Source: Centroscyllium fabricii
Lineage: Eukaryota
Assembly (NCBI GenBank): GCA_051313645.2
Contig: JBNRSN020000002.1
Location: forward strand, 344,286,001 to 344,350,000
Length of the DNA stretch: 64,000 nt
Direction: 5' to 3'
A program made the position numbers and the translations under genes. The notes below the pieces were generated by a model. The model saw nothing but the letters and a program-made list of their open reading frames with translations, made no database searches and had not been told where the DNA came from. Below, in pieces: positions 60,501 through 64,000 of the stretch (within the stretch, counting starts at the first letter, position 1; each line of letters opens with the position of its first letter).

Positions 60501-61918
60501 CTGACTGTAGTTGTAGCAGCCCCTGCTGATGGGGACTGTGCACAAAATGGCGCCGCCCATGGTTCGCACATGGAGGGGCCCTGGATACAAAATGGTGCCG
60601 CCCTTGGCTCGCACATGGAGGGTCCCTGGGTACAAAATGGCGCCGCCCTTGACTCGCACATGGAGGGGCCCCGGGTACAAAATGGCGCCGCCCTTGGCTC
60701 GCACATGGAGGAGCCCTGGGCGCAAGATGGCGTCTTCCGTGGTTCGCATATGGAGGGGCCTGGGTTGCGGGGTAGCGTTACTGCGGGGCCCTGATGCATT
60801 GGCGGTGCCCGTGATTCGCACGCAGCGAACCGCGGTGAACGCGCTGGCGGTGCCCGTGATTCGCACACAGTGAACCGCGGTGAACGCGCTGGCGGTGCCC
60901 GTGATTCGCACGCAGTGAGCCGCGGTGAACGCGCTGGCGGCGCCCGTGATTCGCACGCAGCGAACCGCGGTGGTCGGGTTGGCGGTGCCCGTGATTCGCA
61001 CGCAGCCGGCCGCGTTGTAAGCTCGCGTTTGGCCGGTTGCCGCTGCATCGAGGTGGGGGGAGGGGGCGCTTGCCGTCGCTGAATAGCACTGCAAATGCAG
61101 CTTACCTGGTGATGGTTGCTCTCACAGACTGCACTGTTGTACCTTTTAGATGCTGTGGCTGGAGTGGCTCTGCAGGCTTTGGCGAAGTGTCCCTTCTTGG
61201 AGCATTTTTCGCAGGTCGCCGTCTTGGCTGGGCATTTTGCTCTGGGGTGCAATCCTTGGCCGCAGAAATAGCAGTGTTTGAGCTTAGTGTCCGTGGTGGC
61301 CGTCGCGGCCATCGTGGGGCTCTCAATCCATGACGCCTGTTGTTGTGCGGCCCATATGTTGTAGACTTGATGGCTGGTACCACCGTACGTCTGCGATTTA
61401 TTCCGGGTCCCCTCCACCGATTTGGCTAACGTGGTTGCCTCCTCAAGGGTCAGATTGTCCTTTTCCAGTAGCCTCTGACGGGCTACTGCACATCTTAGTC
61501 CTGAGACATAGGCGTCCCGGAGGAGGATGTTTTCTTCCTGTGCCTTGGTCAATCCACCCTTGCAGCCACAGGCCCGTATCATGCCCCGGAGCGCTTGCTC
61601 AAACTGGTCGTTTGACTCACCGTGTAGTTGAGATCGGGTCGCTAGTAGGTGGCGGGCGTAGACAGAGTGGACCGGGCGCTCATAGTACTGTTTGAGGGAC
61701 GTCACCGTTTCCTCGTAGGTTGTAAGGTCCTCGACAAGGGTGAAAACCCTGCTGGAGACCCTGGATAGCAGGAGTTGGAGTTTGTCCTCGTCCGTGGTAG
61801 CCTTGGCTGCTGCCATATAGGCCTTTAGTAATCCAAACCAGTGCTTGAATGTAGCTGGTGCCGCGTCATCCTGGGGGCTAATGTCCAGCTCCCTAGGTTT
61901 TAACGTGCTGCTCTCCAT
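57506..61918 (-). CDS. Family A Gag-Pol polyprotein, single 1470-aa ORF
   Basis: Double CCHC knuckle (CYFC..HPRAKCPAK..CEKC..GHFAKAC), protease LLDTGS, RT IDLKSAY/YLDN, RNase H DASD/EKE/TDQ/DALSR, integrase HHCC plus DDE. Confidence 0.93.
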   Translation of the reverse strand: MESSTLKPRELDISPQDDAAPATFKHWFGLLKAYMAAAKATTDEDKLQLLLSRVSSRVFTLVEDLTTYEETVTSLKQYYERPVHSVYARHLLATRSQLHGESNDQFEQALRGMIRACGCKGGLTKAQEENILLRDAYVSGLRCAVARQRLLEKDNLTLEEATTLAKSVEGTRNKSQTYGGTSHQVYNIWAAQQQASWIESPTMAATATTDTKLKHCYFCGQGLHPRAKCPAKTATCEKCSKKGHFAKACRATPATASKRYNSAVCESNHHQVSCICSAIQRRQAPPPPTSMQRQPAKRELTTRPAACESRAPPTRPPRFAACESRAPPARSPRLTACESRAPPARSPRFTVCESRAPPARSPRFAACESRAPPMHQGPAVTLPRNPGPSICEPRKTPSCAQGSSMCEPRAAPFCTRGPSMCESRAAPFCTQGPSMCEPRAAPFCIQGPSMCEPWAAPFCAQSPSAGAATTTVSQSKPHHLSNSLIRIRINNHTVDCLLDTGSTESFIHPDTVRRFGLQVLPTNYQVSLASQSHTADVTGYCSVTLTVQGRVYRNFKFYTLKKLCAPALLGLDFQCHFKSVTMEFGGTLPPLTLSSRDNLPPKRTPACGLSTLKIDPPSLFANLDPKCKPIATKSRRYSEGDRTFIRSEVGRMLKEGIIEASTSPWRAQVVVVKSGEKQWLVIHYSQTINRYTGLDAYPLPRISEMVNQIAQYKVFSTIDLKSAYHQLPIRKADRPYTAFEANGRLYHFLRVPFGVTNGVSVFQWEMDRMVDQNDLQATFPYLDNVTICGHDQQDHDANLAKFLATAAKLDLTYNKDKCVFYTTRLAILGYVVENGLLGPDPQRMRPLLELPLPHNPKALRRCLGFFSYYAQWVPQFADKARPLLKAALFPLSIEAQKAFEKIKEDIIKATMLAVDESIPFQVESDASDFALAATLNQAGRPVAFFSRTLQGPETRHSAVEKEAQAIVEAVRYWRHYLAGKRFTLLTDQRSVAFMFNNKLRGKIKNDKITRWRIELSTYEYDILYRPGKLNEPPDALSRGTCASAQLDRLKDLHDRLCHPGVTRLAHFVKSRSLPYSITEIKEMTRDCPVCAECKPHFFRPDTAHLIKATRPFERLSVDFKGPLPSTDRNSYFLTVVDEFSRFPFAFPCPDMMSATVIKHFTTLFAIFGLPSYIHSDRGSSFMSDELRQFLLQKGVATSRTTSYNPRGNGQVERENGIIWKAVTLALKSRGLSVSHWQAVLPDALHSIRSLLCTATNATPHDLVFSFNRKSTSGTALPPWLTTPGPVFLKRHVRCHKTDPLVDKVQLLHANPHYAFVQFPDGREDTVSIRDLAPAGNTATAPPAGQQVNLPPDTRWAPSFPADAPDDEVQQNPPRPELTAPTEMGYSTMEASPPTPEPRRSARQTRPAERLIMNCSVHSPPPDSKFLRRGECGNPYMVTITLYGYHCISAIVLLGARSATPSTPPQVGTPI

Positions 61919-62196
61919 TTTAAGTTTATCAATTAAAATTGTAGCGTAGTCGCTAACTCAATTAAAAGGCGACTCGTAAGTACCGAAATACAAGGCTTTT
62001 AATTGATAAAGAATGGAGCTAGTCTCCTTACCAGTTCACATACAAGAATGAAGGGGCTGGGTCTGGCCACACCTTATATCGGTGTCCCCACCTGGGGAGG
62101 AGTCGAGGGTGTGGCTGACCTGGCTCCCAGCAGTACAATGGCACTTATACAATGGTAGCCATATAAGGTAATGGTAACCATATAAGGGTTACCACA

Positions 62197-62334
62197 GTAC
62201 CTACACCATATGGACTGCAGCGGTTCAAGAAGGTGGCTCACCACCATCTTCTCAAGGGCAATTAGGGATGGGCACTAAATGCAGGCCTAGCCAGCCAGCG
62301 ACGCCCACATCCCATCAATGAATTAAAAAAAAAA
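62197..62334 (+). mobile_element. LINE 3' end with poly-A (the insertion target of family A)
   Basis: Near-identical to the reverse complement of 40163-40296. Confidence 0.85.
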
Positions 62335-63077
62335 TGCTGGTCCCAGAACAGCGAAAGACTGCTGGCAGAGTTCAATGTCTCTCAATACCCGAATACAGCA
62401 ACAGCACTCATGGATTCCCTAGACGAAGGCAGATTAGCATGATGGCGAGAAACCACTGAAAGCCTGGATTTCTCACAATCCAGCAGGAAACCGTGGAACC
62501 TGCTCCATTGGCTTGGCGTCACCTCACGGCCCCCATGAGGTGCCAAAGGTCAGTGCAGATGCCATTGCAGCCTACCTCCTAACCAACTCAAAGGCAACGA
62601 CTACCACCAAAAACAAATGCAGGGAGAGAAAGCTGTTTAAGCTCTCTCTGCAAAAGGCCACTCCGCTCACCACCTTTTCACAGCCTTCACCACCGATGAG
62701 GTGGACACAACTCCAACAGCCTCCACGCCTGCAAAGGCCACCAGGATTGATAGCATTTACCCTGAATTCCTCAAGAACCAGGGCCCAAATGGATGGATGT
62801 GGCTTGCAAATTCACCTCCAACATCCTTGACACTGGGATAATCTCAGAAGTCTGATGCCATTCCAAATTCATTTGCTATCTAAAGCCAGGAAACCAGCCA
62901 ATGATCCCTAAAGCTACCGCCCCATCATCCTTCTGTCTACGGTCTACAAGGTGGTTGAATGGCTTGTCCTTAACTGGGAAAAAAAGGGCTTTAGAAGCTG
63001 CCCTCCCAAACGAGCAGGCTGGCTTCAGAGAGGGAAGAAGCTGCTCTGACCAGGTCCATGCACTCACTACTAACATT
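62335..63077 (+). mobile_element. Decayed LINE RT fragment (Ingi/Vingi- or RTE-like)
   Basis: KPGKPAND..SYRPIILLS and EQAGFREGRSCSDQV motifs across broken frames. Confidence 0.6.
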
Positions 63078-63323
63078 TAAAAAAAAATCGTTCCTGGGAT
63101 GTGGGCGTCGCTGGCAATGCCAGCATTTATTGTCCATCCCTAATTGCCCTTGAGAAGGTTGTGGTGAGCCTTCTTGAACCACTGCAGTCCCTGTGGTGAA
63201 GGTACTCCCACAGTGCTGTTAGGAAGGAATTTCCAGGATTTTGACCCAGCGATGATGAAGGAACAGCGATATATTTCCAAGTCAGGATGGTGTGTGACTT
63301 AGAGGATAACTTGGAGGTGGTAG
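63078..63323 (-). mobile_element. LINE 3' end related to 40163-41002 (the insertion target of family C)
   Basis: Similar to 40163-40415. Confidence 0.8.
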
Positions 63324-64000
63324 TGACGTATCATCAATATCTCAGAGTAAAAGACTCAACGAGTAGTTACCGTAACTATAGGCTTTTAATCACTTACTTA
63401 GGAGCTACCCTCCGAACGAACATCTGAGCAGGAATGAGGGAGCCTCAGTCAGTCTCCACCTATAAAGGCCTCACCTGGGGGAGGAGTTAGAGGTGTGGCT
63501 GACCTGGCTCCCGACAGTGTTACAGGGCTGTGTATCACACATACACAGCCAATTATTGGCAACAAGAATACAGTGGTACAACATAACATTATGGGTTACC
63601 ACATTCACCCCTTCTTGAAAATTTTAAGTCCGGGGGGGGTGAATGGACCGAGCAGTTCAATATCAGCCTATCCGGTGGTCGTGCCAGCCTGGAGGACCGC
63701 CGGAGTTCCGGTGATGATCCTTCATGGTCCGTGCTGCTTGAGTCCGCTGGTGGTGACAGTTGCCCTGGTGCCATGGTTTCGGGTGGTGATGGTCTCAGCT
63801 GGTCCGAGCTATCGGAGTGGTGGTCCTGGGTTGGCCACTGCTGGGGCTCTGGAAACCTCGGAGGCCATTGTAGGTGTAGGGGGTGTTCTGGATACTGTGG
63901 CTGAGCGGCCTGCTGGCCGACCAGGGGCTCTGCGGTGCTTCCTGCGGGTGCCAGGTCCCTGATAGATACGGTGTCCTCACGCCCATCCGGGAACTGCACG
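63324..64000 (-). mobile_element. Family C LTR element (relative of A and B): 3' LTR 63324-63603 and integrase C-terminus; continues beyond the window
   Basis: QFPDGREDTVSIRDLAP...RRGECGNP, same PPT, LTR TGTGGTAACCC...TCA. Confidence 0.9.

Larger units (their letters stand above)
47617..62196 (-). mobile_element. Family A Gypsy-type LTR element in a head-to-tail array with shared LTRs (2 full units plus a truncated third)
   Basis: 257-bp LTRs at 61940-62196, 57372-57628 and 47783-48039; unit length 4568 bp; gag start follows each LTR; middle unit split by family B. Confidence 0.95.

Overview
Repeat-dense vertebrate DNA, very probably a cartilaginous fish (HE1-type and Deu-domain SINEs, CR1 LINEs). 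One host gene is visible: the first two coding exons and a likely CCAAT/TATA promoter of an endothelin receptor (EDNRA-like with EDNRB-like features) on the minus strand at 22.9-24.9 kb. The rest is mostly mobile elements: SINEs, CR1/L2 LINEs, a Penelope element with hammerhead-like motifs, a decayed Harbinger with related MITEs, two Tigger-like MITEs and two CsRn1-clade Gypsy elements with tRNA-Trp PBSs. The most interesting part is a cluster of young, unusual Gypsy-type LTR elements at 47.6-64 kb, here called families A, B and C (C only partly in the window). A and B have no tRNA PBS; a 14-nt segment at the PBS position instead pairs with the LTR's own ATTAAA region, with a compensatory base change between them, suggesting self-priming. 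Their RT motif is YLDN. They carry a conserved splice donor after the nucleocapsid knuckles followed by an array of acceptor-like sites, and paired CArG boxes in U3. Family A forms a shared-LTR tandem array into which B has inserted in the opposite orientation. All calls were made by eye; no alignments or database searches were run.
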